Assembly: GCA_965228735.1 (NCBI GenBank)
Contig: OZ245838.1
Coordinates: 704,001-768,000 of the forward strand
Length of the DNA stretch: 64,000 nucleotides
Direction of reading: 5' to 3'
DNA from: Planctomycetota bacterium
GTDB taxonomy: Bacteria > Planctomycetota > UBA1135 > UBA2386
The notes under the pieces were generated by a model that saw nothing but the letters and a program-made list of their open reading frames with translations, was not told the origin of the DNA and did no database searches. The position numbers and the translations under genes were made by a program. Below, piece by piece: positions 9,637-20,094 of the stretch (its first letter is position 1; the number at the start of each line of letters is the position of its first letter).

Positions 9637-11505
9637 GTGAGGATCAAGGCCAGACATCACGCCATTGCGACGACCGCAGTCCTCCTGCTGTTCTCGTTCG
9701 GGTTGTTCTCGATCGGGCAGCTCACCGCCCAGGCGCCCGGCTCGGATCGCGCGCGCCCGACGGCCGCGAGCATCCGGGCGGCAGAACGGGCGATGAGCCG
9801 GGTGATCGCACGCAGCCCGCACGTGCACGGCAACGTCCTCGACGTCAAGCTCCGCGAGGGCACCGGCGCCGAGCTGCGTGGTGGCCGACTGCACTCACGG
9901 ACGGGCGCCGATCTGGGGGCGGTCCAGGCCGCGTTCGATGCCGCGATGACGGTGCGGCCGCTGTTCACCGCCGCGCCGTGGGACGAGCTCGATCGCCTGC
10001 ATCGCACCGCGTGCGAGAACCTCGCCCGGCAGGGCTGGCCCGCGCATCAGCGCCCGGGTCATCTCGGGCTCTGGTTCGAGCTCGAGTTCGCGACCGCCGA
10101 GGCTGCCGCGCTGTGGCACGAACGCCTCTGGGAGCTCTTGCTCGTCGATCACGTCGTCCACGCGGCGCGCCCCGTGCCGGCATCGGCGCACGCGCTGCCG
10201 CCGACCGCCGCGCCGCTGCCGAACGACATCCCGCCGCCGACTCCGCTGTTCACGGCGTTGCAGCAGACGCACGAAGCGACGCCGCACGGCCACGGCACGT
10301 GGCTGGCGCAAGGCGTGCTCGGCGCGCGTGGTCAGGGCGTCGGCATCGTCATGGTCGAATCGGAGTGGCACTACGACCACGAGGACGTCGCCGGGCTCGT
10401 GACGGCGAACGTGATCGGTCCGGTGCCGGGCTCGAGCACCCCGGACGCGCTGCACGGCACGGCCGGGGCGTCGATGTTGATCGCCGATCGCAACGCGTAC
10501 GGGATCACCGGCGTCGTCGACGAGAGCTCCGCGCGCTTCGTGTCGCAGCTGACGAACGGCGGGGTCCCGAACTCGCTGCTGCTCGCGGGCATCAACTCGC
10601 AGCCGGGTGATGTCGTGATGCTCGTCATGATGTTCCTGCTCGGCCAGAACGGGGCCCAGGACTGGGTCCCGTTCGAGCTGTTGCAGCCCGTGTTCGACGC
10701 GACGCTGACCCTGACGGGCAACGGGGTGCTGACCGCGGTATCGGCGGGCAACGGCGACAACAACCTCGACGACCCGCGGTTCTTCCGGCTGTTCGATCGC
10801 ACGTTCCGTGACTCGGGGGCGTTCGTCGTGACGTCCACCGTCGCCGCGCAGCTGAACAAGGCACCGTTCTCGAACTATGGCTCCCGCATCGATGCCAACA
10901 GCTGGGGCGACGATGTCATGGCGGCGGGGATCGGGACGCTGTTCTTCCCCAACCAGGACCGGCGTCAGGCCTACACGTCGGACTACACCGGGACGAGTTC
11001 GGCGGTCCCGTCGATCACCGGGATGATCGCCGCGATCCAGGGCGCCGCGGAGCTGCAGCTCGGGTCGCGCCTGACGCTGACGCAACTTCGGCAGCTCCTC
11101 TGGACCCACGGACCGCAGTCGCCGGACGAGATCAAGCGGCGGCCGGACCTCGTCGCGATCCTGCAGGCCATCGGGGCCAGCGATGGCCTCGCGGTCAGCC
11201 ATCCGGACCTGGCGTACGGAACCGCGGAGACGGTGACGGTGACCGGGCCGGCCGGCGGCGGGGCGTTCCTGTTCGCGGCGTTCGGGCGCGGTCACACGGA
11301 TCTCGGCTTCAACCGGCCGATCCACCTCGATCTGCCGTCGCTGCTCACGGTTGGATTCGCCCCGATGCCGACCGGATCGGCGGCGTTCTCGATCGCGATC
11401 CCGAGTGATCCGACGCTCGCCGGGTTGAGCCTCTACCTGCAGGCGGGTGTGCTGCAGGGCGGCGGGATCCACGTCACGAACAGCGGCCAGCTGACCGTCT
11501 GGTAG
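9637..11505 (+). CDS. Secreted S8 (subtilisin-like) peptidase with C-terminal lineage-specific domain
   Basis: Signal peptide; HGTA, SAGNG oxyanion and GTSSAVP motifs; GTG start at 9637 is more plausible than 8509. Confidence 0.85.
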   Translation: MRIKARHHAIATTAVLLLFSFGLFSIGQLTAQAPGSDRARPTAASIRAAERAMSRVIARSPHVHGNVLDVKLREGTGAELRGGRLHSRTGADLGAVQAAFDAAMTVRPLFTAAPWDELDRLHRTACENLARQGWPAHQRPGHLGLWFELEFATAEAAALWHERLWELLLVDHVVHAARPVPASAHALPPTAAPLPNDIPPPTPLFTALQQTHEATPHGHGTWLAQGVLGARGQGVGIVMVESEWHYDHEDVAGLVTANVIGPVPGSSTPDALHGTAGASMLIADRNAYGITGVVDESSARFVSQLTNGGVPNSLLLAGINSQPGDVVMLVMMFLLGQNGAQDWVPFELLQPVFDATLTLTGNGVLTAVSAGNGDNNLDDPRFFRLFDRTFRDSGAFVVTSTVAAQLNKAPFSNYGSRIDANSWGDDVMAAGIGTLFFPNQDRRQAYTSDYTGTSSAVPSITGMIAAIQGAAELQLGSRLTLTQLRQLLWTHGPQSPDEIKRRPDLVAILQAIGASDGLAVSHPDLAYGTAETVTVTGPAGGGAFLFAAFGRGHTDLGFNRPIHLDLPSLLTVGFAPMPTGSAAFSIAIPSDPTLAGLSLYLQAGVLQGGGIHVTNSGQLTVW

Positions 11506-11743
11506 CGTTCGAAGAACGGCGAGATCGGCGGTCTTTGACCGCGGTCGTCGACCGGGGCCGATGGTCGGGGTGGACACGGGGAGTTCTCGGCCAGGAATGG
11601 CAGGAGCCACGCGGGGTCGTGAGCCGATGAAGGTTGATCCACGACGTATTTTTCCCGCTGCGGCCACGATGTCTCGCTCTACTCTCATCCCCGAAGAACC
11701 CCCTCTGACCAGGCCCCCCGAACCGATTGCCGCTGACGCCGCG

Positions 11744-13042
<1,299 letters not shown>

Positions 13043-13099
13043 GCGGCTCGCGGCCGGGGCGGTAGCTCCCGTTCCTGCCGGCCCAATGAACCGCACTCC

Positions 13100-13309
13100 A
13101 TGAGCGATGAACGGCAGATGACCGGGCGGCTCGTCCGCCCCGGCGGCGATACCGAGTCCTTCGATCGCGAGTTCTGGCGGTCCATGACCGGGGAAGAACG
13201 CGTCGCTGCGTTGTGGGGGATGGTCCTCGATGCGATTGCCGTTCGAGGAGGTGATCCCGATGACGAACCGCGACTTCAAAGATCTGTTGGCCGCGTTATC
13301 CGGCCGTGA
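13100..13309 (+). CDS. Small protein typically paired with a nucleotidyltransferase (antitoxin-like)
   Basis: DREFWRSMTGEERVAALW...PRLQRSV pattern; overlaps the downstream NTase gene. Confidence 0.6.
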   Translation: MSDERQMTGRLVRPGGDTESFDREFWRSMTGEERVAALWGMVLDAIAVRGGDPDDEPRLQRSVGRVIRP

Positions 13310-13608
13310 GGCCCGCTTCTTGATCGTCGGGGGCTACGCGGTGACCTATCACGCACGCCCTCGCTTCACGAAGGATCTCGACGTCTGGGTCGAGCCGTCA
13401 GCTGCCAACGCTGCGCGAGTGATCGAAGCGTTGACCGAGTTCGGGGCGCCCTTGGCAGTTCGCGGAGTGCTGGCTACGCCGCGTCGAGGCGAAGTTCGCG
13501 GGTGTCGCGGTCGCCTACTTGTCCGTCGCTGATTTGATCATCAACAAGCGTGCTGTCGGGCGGCCTCAGGATCTGCTCGACGTGGCGGAACTCGAGAAGC
13601 TGGCCTGA
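13260..13608 (+). pseudogene. Nucleotidyltransferase-family gene broken by an internal deletion/frameshift
   Basis: First frame: DFKDLL...FLIVGGYAVTYHARPRFTKDLDVWV...EFGAPL; from ~13456 the +1 frame reads QFAECWLRRVEAKFAGVAVAYLSVADLIINKRAVGRPQDLLDVAELEKLA*. Confidence 0.75.
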
Positions 13609-13642
13609 GTGGGAGCGGCTCTGAGGCCGCGTGCCGGAGCGG

Positions 13643-14431
13643 CTATTTCGACGGCGCGGCCTTCGGTCGCCAGTTGGCTTCCTCGGCCTGGATCTGCGGG
13701 ATCAGCTTGCGCAGGGTCTCCGCGCGCTCGAGTGGGTCGGGATGCGTGCTGAGCCACGCTGGCGTGCCGCCGCCGAGTTTGGCCATGCGTTCCCACAGCT
13801 CCGGGGCCGCGTTCGGGTCGTAGCCCGCGCGCACCGCGTAGCGCAGACCGAGGACGTCGGCTTCGGTCTCGTGGGTACGGCTGTACGGCAGCAGCACGCC
13901 GTACTGCGCCGTGGCCCCGACCGCGGTCATCAGCAGCCCCTTGGACTCCTCGCTGATCTCGGTCGTCGACACCCCGGCGTCGATCACGGCCTGGGCGATG
14001 TTGGTCACGAGGCCCTGCGTCATGCGCTTGCCACCGTGGCGCAGGATCGCGTGGGCGACCTCGTGGCCCATGATCGCGGCGAGCATGTCGGGCGTGTCCG
14101 CGAGCCCGGGCTGCATGATTCCGGAGTAGATCGCGATGCGACCGTTCGGCAGGCAGAACGCGTTGGGGATGTCGGGCGCATCGAGCAGCCGCGCTTCCCA
14201 GGCGAAGTTCGGTTCGTCGGCGGCGGCCGTGATCTTCTGCGCGACGCTCTGGACCCGCGAGTACATCGCGCCACTCGTGATGGGCCGATGGTCGTTGCTG
14301 GCCTCCTCGTAGGCCTGGGCGCTGAGCGGCTCGAGCTCTTCGTCGGAGTACAGATTGAGGTTGCCGAAGGCCTCGCAGCCGGCGAGGGCGAGGATCACGG
14401 GCACGGCGAACAGGAATCGCAGGGAGCGCAT
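13643..14431 (-). CDS. M48 family metallopeptidase lipoprotein
   Basis: Lipobox LAGC; PNAFCLPNG, GHEVAH (HExxH), YSRTHETEAD, LSTHP. Confidence 0.93.
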   Translation of the reverse strand: MRSLRFLFAVPVILALAGCEAFGNLNLYSDEELEPLSAQAYEEASNDHRPITSGAMYSRVQSVAQKITAAADEPNFAWEARLLDAPDIPNAFCLPNGRIAIYSGIMQPGLADTPDMLAAIMGHEVAHAILRHGGKRMTQGLVTNIAQAVIDAGVSTTEISEESKGLLMTAVGATAQYGVLLPYSRTHETEADVLGLRYAVRAGYDPNAAPELWERMAKLGGGTPAWLSTHPDPLERAETLRKLIPQIQAEEANWRPKAAPSK

Positions 14432-14522
14432 GGCGGGGATGTTACGCCCTGACGCGGGCCGGGGCGACCGCCGGGTGGACTCCGGGACACGCCGAATCTT
14501 GCCTCGCCAGCACCCATGAACG

Positions 14523-15734
14523 ATGCTCAATGGAATGCAATCTGATCTGGTGATCGTCGGCGGTGCGCGCACCGCGATGGCGGAATATTCGGGAACCCCC
14601 GGGTTCGGCAAGTTCAAGGACGTCTCCGCGATCGACCTCGCGGCGCACGCGGCGAAGGCGACGCTCGAGCGGGCCGGGGCGAAGCCCGAGATGGTCGACG
14701 AGACGTTCGTCGGCAACGCGGCGCAGAGCAGCTCGGACGCGATCTACGGCGCGCGCCACGTCGCGCTCAAGGCCGGGGTGCCGATCGACAAGCCGGCGCT
14801 GACGATCAACCGACTGTGCGGATCGGGCATCCAGTCCGTCGTCTCCGCGGCGCACTCGCTGCTGCTGGGTGAGAACAAGCTCTGCCTCGCGGGCGGCATG
14901 GAGAACATGAGCCAGGTGCCGCACGTGATCCGCGGCGCGCGTGAGGGTTTTCGCTTCGGTCAGGAGCCCAAGATCGAGGACCTGCTGTTCGCCGCGCTCT
15001 ACGATCCGTTCTGCAAGTTCTTCATGGCGCAGACCGCGGAGAACGTCGCGAAGAAGCTCGAGATCCCGCGCGAGGAGCAGGACGAATACGCGCTGCGCAG
15101 CCACCAGCTCGGCGCCGCCGCGGTGAAGGCCGGCAAGTTCGCGGCCGAGATCGCGCCGCTGACCGTCACGAAGGGGCGCAAGGAGTTCGTCGTCGACAGC
15201 GATGACCACATCAAGCCCGAGACGTCGCTCGAGGCGCTCGCCGGACTGCGCGCCGCGTTCGGCAAGGACGGCACGGTCACGGCCGGCAACGCGTCGGGCA
15301 TCGTCGACGGTGCGGCGATGCTCGTGGTCACGACCGCGGACGCTGCCAAGGAGTACGGCCTGAGCCCGAAGGTGAGGATCAAGTCGTGGGGCATCGCCGG
15401 CGTGCCGCCCGAGGTCATGGGGCTCGGCCCCGTGCCCGCGATCAAGCAGGCCTGCGAGAAGGCCGGCATCGGCGTGCAGGATCTCGATCTCGTCGAGATC
15501 AACGAGGCGTTCTCGGCCCAGTACCTGGGCTGCGAGAAGGAGCTCGGCCTCGACCGTGACAAGTGCAACGTCAACGGCGGCGCGATCGCGCTCGGGCACC
15601 CGCTCGGCGCGACCGGCACCCGGCTGCTGCTGACGCTGATCCGCGAGATGGAGGAGACCGGCAAGGCGCTCGGCTGCGCGTCGGCCTGCATCGGCGGCGG
15701 TCAGGGCATCGCGATGATCCTCGAGAGGGCGTGA
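14523..15734 (+). CDS. Acetyl-CoA C-acyltransferase (thiolase)
   Basis: NRLCGSG, NEAF, GGAIALGHPLGATG, CIGGGQG; start could be 14535. Confidence 0.96.
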   Translation: MLNGMQSDLVIVGGARTAMAEYSGTPGFGKFKDVSAIDLAAHAAKATLERAGAKPEMVDETFVGNAAQSSSDAIYGARHVALKAGVPIDKPALTINRLCGSGIQSVVSAAHSLLLGENKLCLAGGMENMSQVPHVIRGAREGFRFGQEPKIEDLLFAALYDPFCKFFMAQTAENVAKKLEIPREEQDEYALRSHQLGAAAVKAGKFAAEIAPLTVTKGRKEFVVDSDDHIKPETSLEALAGLRAAFGKDGTVTAGNASGIVDGAAMLVVTTADAAKEYGLSPKVRIKSWGIAGVPPEVMGLGPVPAIKQACEKAGIGVQDLDLVEINEAFSAQYLGCEKELGLDRDKCNVNGGAIALGHPLGATGTRLLLTLIREMEETGKALGCASACIGGGQGIAMILERA

Positions 15735-15738
15735 ACCG

Positions 15739-17709
15739 ATGCGGCCCGACACCATCAAGTTCGAGGGGCGCGTCCTCTACCTCACGGAGGACGACGCGAA
15801 GCTCAAGGCGCAGCTGTACGACGGCGTGCCCTTCTCGTACGACCCGAACGAGAAGCTCATCGACAACATCTCGACCGACGAGCTGACGCCCGGCTGGGTC
15901 TGCTACTACTACGACGAGACGCTGGCGCGCTACTGCCTCGTGGGACTGCGGGGCGGCAACGTCGAGCGCGACGCGATCAAGAACGGCGGCTTCGGCGTGA
16001 TCGTCAGCGGCGTGAGCAAGGGCTGCGGCAGCTCGCGCGAGACGGCGCCGTTCTCGGAGCTCAAGGCCGGCGTGCAGCTCGTCATCGCGAAGAACATCGA
16101 GAAGATCTACGGCCAGAACTGCCAGAACATCGGGCTCTTGACCTCGACCGACTTCTCGCTCATCGAGCGGATCGAGCGGGGCGAAGCGATCCCGATCGCG
16201 GAGTTCACCAAGGGGCTCGATCCGATCGCGACCGAGATCGTCCGCCACGGCGGGCTGTTCGCCTACAACAAGGCGCGCCTCGCGGGCGAGACCGCGCCGC
16301 CGGCGGTGACGACGAAGAAGCGCCCGATGACGCTCTGCGAGAAGATCATCAAGGGCCGCGCGATCGCGGACGCCAAGACCGGTCAGCTCGGCATCGACGC
16401 GGTGCAGCCCGGCGACGCGCTGTTCGTGCGCACCGACGTGCGGTTCTCCCACGAGTACGTGACGCCGATGGCCGAGGCGCTGTTCAAGATGGGCCTCGGC
16501 GAGGATGCGCAGATCAACGATCCCGGTTCGGTGTTCGCGTTCCGCGACCACCTGACGTTCCTCGATCGGGTGATGCCGCAGAAGCACATCGACATGGGCT
16601 TGAAGGAGCAGGCCGCGTCACTCGCGACCGTGCAGGAGAAGTTCGCGGCGAGTCAGGGCGTGCGGCTCTACGGCGAGGTCGAGCGCGGCGGCCAGACGGT
16701 CGGCAGCGAGGGTATCTGCCACAACATCGTGATCGAGGACCTCGCGGAGCCGGGGCAGCTCGTGATCGGGACGGACAGCCACACGTGCATGGCGGGCGCG
16801 ATCGGGTGCTTCGCGTTCGGCGTGGGCTCGACGGACATGGCCAACTCGTGGTTCACCAAGGACGTCCGCGTCAAGGTGCCCGAGTCGGTGCGCGTCAACC
16901 TGACCGGCACGCTGCAAGACGGCGTCGCGGCCAAGGACGTGATGCTCTACCTGCTGAGCGACGAGTTCTTCAAGTCGGGCGACGGCATCGGCAAGGTGCT
17001 CGAGTTCGCCGGCCCGGGTACGATGGGGCTGCCGCTCGACGAGCGCGCCACGCTGACGAACATGGCCGTCGAGGCCGGCAGTTTCACGGGCATCATCGAG
17101 GCCGACGAGGTCGTCGTCGACTACATCGGTGACCAGCGCGGCGTCGACAAGGACCAGCTGCGGGCGCAGATCGTGCGCGCCGACGAAGGCGCGACGTACT
17201 GCAAGACGTTCGACATCGACCTGTCCGCGCTGCGGCCGATGGTCGCCACTCCCGGCGACCCGCGGAACGGCATCGAGCTCAGCGAGCTGCGTAGCAAGCA
17301 GGGCGAGGTCAAGGTGAACATCGCCTACGGCGGTTCGTGCACGGGCGGCAAGAAGGCCGACATGGACATGTATGCGGGCGTCGTCAAACGGGCGCTCGAC
17401 CAGGGGCGCACGCTGTCCGACGTGAAGCTCTACATCCAGTTCGGCAGCCAGCGCATTCGCGACTACGCGGAGACGATGGGCTACATCCAGCTGTTCGAAT
17501 CGGCGGGCGTCGAGCTCATCGATCCGAGCTGCGGTGCCTGCATCAAGGCCGGACCGGGCGTGTCGTTCACGCCCGAAGAGGTGACCGTGTCGGCGATCAA
17601 CCGCAACTTCCCGGGTCGTTCCGGACCGGGGCAGGTCTACCTCGCGAGCCCGCTCGTCGTCGCGGCCAGCGCGTTCCTCGGCTACATCGGCGGTCCGGAG
17701 GAGCTGTAG
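15739..17709 (+). CDS. Single-chain aconitase-superfamily dehydratase (LeuD-like swivel domain fused N-terminally to a LeuC-like [4Fe-4S] domain)
   Basis: N-half DNISTDE, GCGSSRE, NCQNIG; C-half MTLCEKII, EGICHN, GTDSHTC, GSCTGG, SCGAC, NRNFPGR, YLASP. Confidence 0.88.
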   Translation: MRPDTIKFEGRVLYLTEDDAKLKAQLYDGVPFSYDPNEKLIDNISTDELTPGWVCYYYDETLARYCLVGLRGGNVERDAIKNGGFGVIVSGVSKGCGSSRETAPFSELKAGVQLVIAKNIEKIYGQNCQNIGLLTSTDFSLIERIERGEAIPIAEFTKGLDPIATEIVRHGGLFAYNKARLAGETAPPAVTTKKRPMTLCEKIIKGRAIADAKTGQLGIDAVQPGDALFVRTDVRFSHEYVTPMAEALFKMGLGEDAQINDPGSVFAFRDHLTFLDRVMPQKHIDMGLKEQAASLATVQEKFAASQGVRLYGEVERGGQTVGSEGICHNIVIEDLAEPGQLVIGTDSHTCMAGAIGCFAFGVGSTDMANSWFTKDVRVKVPESVRVNLTGTLQDGVAAKDVMLYLLSDEFFKSGDGIGKVLEFAGPGTMGLPLDERATLTNMAVEAGSFTGIIEADEVVVDYIGDQRGVDKDQLRAQIVRADEGATYCKTFDIDLSALRPMVATPGDPRNGIELSELRSKQGEVKVNIAYGGSCTGGKKADMDMYAGVVKRALDQGRTLSDVKLYIQFGSQRIRDYAETMGYIQLFESAGVELIDPSCGACIKAGPGVSFTPEEVTVSAINRNFPGRSGPGQVYLASPLVVAASAFLGYIGGPEEL

Positions 17710-17729
17710 CCGAATCACCCCTCATACCT

Positions 17730-18764
17730 ATGCGCCGGCCGCTCCATCTCCATATCGGTCACGGCAAGGCCGGCACCTCGACGGTGCAGGTCGCGCTGGG
17801 GCGGGAGATCGAGCGGTTGCGCGGTGCCGGGTTCCTCGTCGCCGATGCCGCGATGGAGTTTCGGGAGGAGGGGGCGATCGAGGCCGGTTCCGCGTTCTAC
17901 GTTGCCGACCGCTGCGCCGAGCGTGAAGCCGGGCTGCGGACCGTGACGGAGCGCTTCCACGCGGTCGGCCAGCAGCTGGCGGGACGCGAAGCGCAGCTCG
18001 TGGTGTCGGCCGAGAGCTTCACCGCGCACGGCGCGGAGCTGCTGGCGCGCGCTTTGCGCCACGCGTTCGAGATCCACGTCGTCTACTACCTGCGGCGGCA
18101 GGACGACTGGATCCCGTCCGCCTGGAACCAGTGGGGCGTGCGCCGAGGGCTGAGCCTCGACGCCTACCTCGAGTGGGCACTTGCCGAATCACGCCCGGAC
18201 TACGAGGGAGTGATCGCGCGCTGGGAAGCGGTCGCCGACACGGTTTCAGTGCGGCCGCTGCACGATTCGGCGCTCGCCGGCGGCCGGGTGGAGGCCGACT
18301 TCTTCGCCGCGATCGGGGCCGGTTTCGAGCCGGCGGCCGTGCCGCGTCAGAACGCGGCGCTGGATCTCGCTCTGCTCGAGACGTTCGCGAGCAGCCGGTT
18401 CCTGTTCGACCGACCGAATGGCGAGGCTGGCGCGAGCCCGCCGAGCGACTTCGCGCGGTGGTTGGTAGCGCGGCTGCCCGACGGGTTCGGGCGCGAACGG
18501 GCGGGGCTCGACGGCAAGCAGCGCGAGCGCGTGCGAGAGCACTTTCTCGCCGTGAACCGACGGCTGCATCGACGCTGGTTCGCGGATCTCGACTTCGACG
18601 CCGTGTTCGGCCCGACTGCGGACGAGGCCGCCTTGGCCGAGCGCGCGACGGCCCAGCGTCAAGGTGCAGCGCAGGTCGATAGGCTGCATCGGGTGCTCGG
18701 GCTGCAGCTGCAGCTCATCCACGAGCTCTGGCAACGACTCGAAGAGCGCAACGACCAGCGTTGA
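17730..18764 (+). CDS. Sulfotransferase-like P-loop protein
   Basis: HLHIGHGKAGTSTVQ, VVSAESF, YYLRRQDDWIPSAWNQ. Confidence 0.7.
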   Translation: MRRPLHLHIGHGKAGTSTVQVALGREIERLRGAGFLVADAAMEFREEGAIEAGSAFYVADRCAEREAGLRTVTERFHAVGQQLAGREAQLVVSAESFTAHGAELLARALRHAFEIHVVYYLRRQDDWIPSAWNQWGVRRGLSLDAYLEWALAESRPDYEGVIARWEAVADTVSVRPLHDSALAGGRVEADFFAAIGAGFEPAAVPRQNAALDLALLETFASSRFLFDRPNGEAGASPPSDFARWLVARLPDGFGRERAGLDGKQRERVREHFLAVNRRLHRRWFADLDFDAVFGPTADEAALAERATAQRQGAAQVDRLHRVLGLQLQLIHELWQRLEERNDQR

Positions 18765-18777
18765 CTCGAGATCGGCC

Positions 18778-18882
18778 GTACCGAACCCGTTTCGAATCCG
18801 CCACGCCCCGCCGGCGACAGGGTCCGACACCGCAAGACCTTGCGCACGCGGGCGGTTGGCGGATTCGAAGCGGGTTCGGTAC
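18778..18882. repeat. 26-bp imperfect inverted repeat between convergent genes
   Basis: gtaccgaacccgtttcgaatccgcca (18778-18803) vs tggcggattcgaagcgggttcggtac (18857-18882), one mismatch. Confidence 0.85.
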
Positions 18883-18899
18883 CGCCACTTTGGGGGCGT

Positions 18900-19364
18900 T
18901 CAGGTGAGCGGGTTACGGCTCGTCCGGCGCAGCGCCCGGAAGCGCACGATGCACGTGGCGAGCAGGACGGGCAGCGCGCCGCAGGCGAGCCAGAACCACG
19001 GCGTGAAGCGCGCGGACACGCTGCGCAGCATGCCGGGGCCCTGGATGACCTCGAACGCGAGGAGGGCGGTCGCGATGACGGCGAGCATCAGGCTGCCCGG
19101 ACGGACGGCCTGGCGCGACGCCGGCGTGCGGGTTTCCGCAAGCGCCATGATCGCGATCAGCGCTGCGCTCCCGAGGCAGGTGCCGCCGGCCGGGGTGTGC
19201 CAGCCGGGCGGGCCGGACGCGGCTTCGAAGAGCCGCGGGAACGCGACCTCGATCCATGGCCAGCGGGACGCGAACGCGATCGTGGCCGCGCTGAGCAGCA
19301 GCGGGATCAGTGAGCCGTTCCGGTCGCGCCGCGGGGGCTGTCGCGGCGGTTCGCGGGAGGCCAT
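18900..19364 (-). CDS. Hypothetical membrane protein (~4 TM)
   Basis: Several hydrophobic segments; co-oriented with the upstream lipoprotein; start uncertain. Confidence 0.55.
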   Translation of the reverse strand: MASREPPRQPPRRDRNGSLIPLLLSAATIAFASRWPWIEVAFPRLFEAASGPPGWHTPAGGTCLGSAALIAIMALAETRTPASRQAVRPGSLMLAVIATALLAFEVIQGPGMLRSVSARFTPWFWLACGALPVLLATCIVRFRALRRTSRNPLT

Positions 19365-19463
19365 GAATCGCATGCCGGTGTTTTGGGCCACCGCGGGGCG
19401 TTCGTCCAGCCCCCGGGTCGGCCGTTATCCGCTGCGGCGGACCCGCGGCCCGTCGACTCGCGA

Positions 19464-19937
19464 TCAGCGGTTCGGGCCGGGCGGATCGGTCGGGACGATG
19501 TGATCGTTGTTACTGCCGCGGCGGGCGGCAGCGCGTTCGGCCAACAACTTGTCGGCCTCGGCGACCTCGGCCTGCTCCTCGATGGACGGGCGATACTCGA
19601 CGCTGACCTCGGTGATCACGGGCGTGAGCACCCAGGTGAAGGGCGGGAAGCCATACCAGTAGTTCTCGCTCGCGGTCTGGAACACCCGCACGTGGTCGCC
19701 CTTCTTGTCGGCGATCTCGCGGGTGACCTCGTCGATCATCGTGTCGATCGTCGTGTTCCCGAGCAGCGGCAGGATGACGCCGACGTTGACGCCGACGTTG
19801 GTGACGCTGCGGATGTAGACCTCTTCGCCGTCGGGGCCGACGCGGCGGTTCCAGTGGGTGGCCGTGCTGTGGAACGAGCAGGCCGAGGTGGCGGCGAGCG
19901 CACTGAGGCAGAGGGTGCTTGCGAGGCGAGATTTCAT
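19464..19937 (-). CDS. Hypothetical lipoprotein
   Basis: Signal peptide ending TSAC; typical codon usage; aromatic ENYWYGFPPFTW segment. Confidence 0.75.
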   Translation of the reverse strand: MKSRLASTLCLSALAATSACSFHSTATHWNRRVGPDGEEVYIRSVTNVGVNVGVILPLLGNTTIDTMIDEVTREIADKKGDHVRVFQTASENYWYGFPPFTWVLTPVITEVSVEYRPSIEEQAEVAEADKLLAERAAARRGSNNDHIVPTDPPGPNR

Positions 19938-20094
19938 GGCAGGAAGTGAAGCCGCCGGGCGCGCGGAGGCAAGGGGGCGCTGCGGGTCTCGGGTATGCGG
20001 CGGTAGGGGTGTCCCGAATCGAGAACGAGCGGTCGGCGGCCGGTGATCGCGGGCGCCGAGGATCCGATCAAGACGGCATGAGTGGGGGCGTTCG

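Noticed and set aside
13440..13470. Programmed frameshift in the NTase gene
   Set aside because: No slippery sequence, and the middle of the domain appears to be missing, which fits a deletion better
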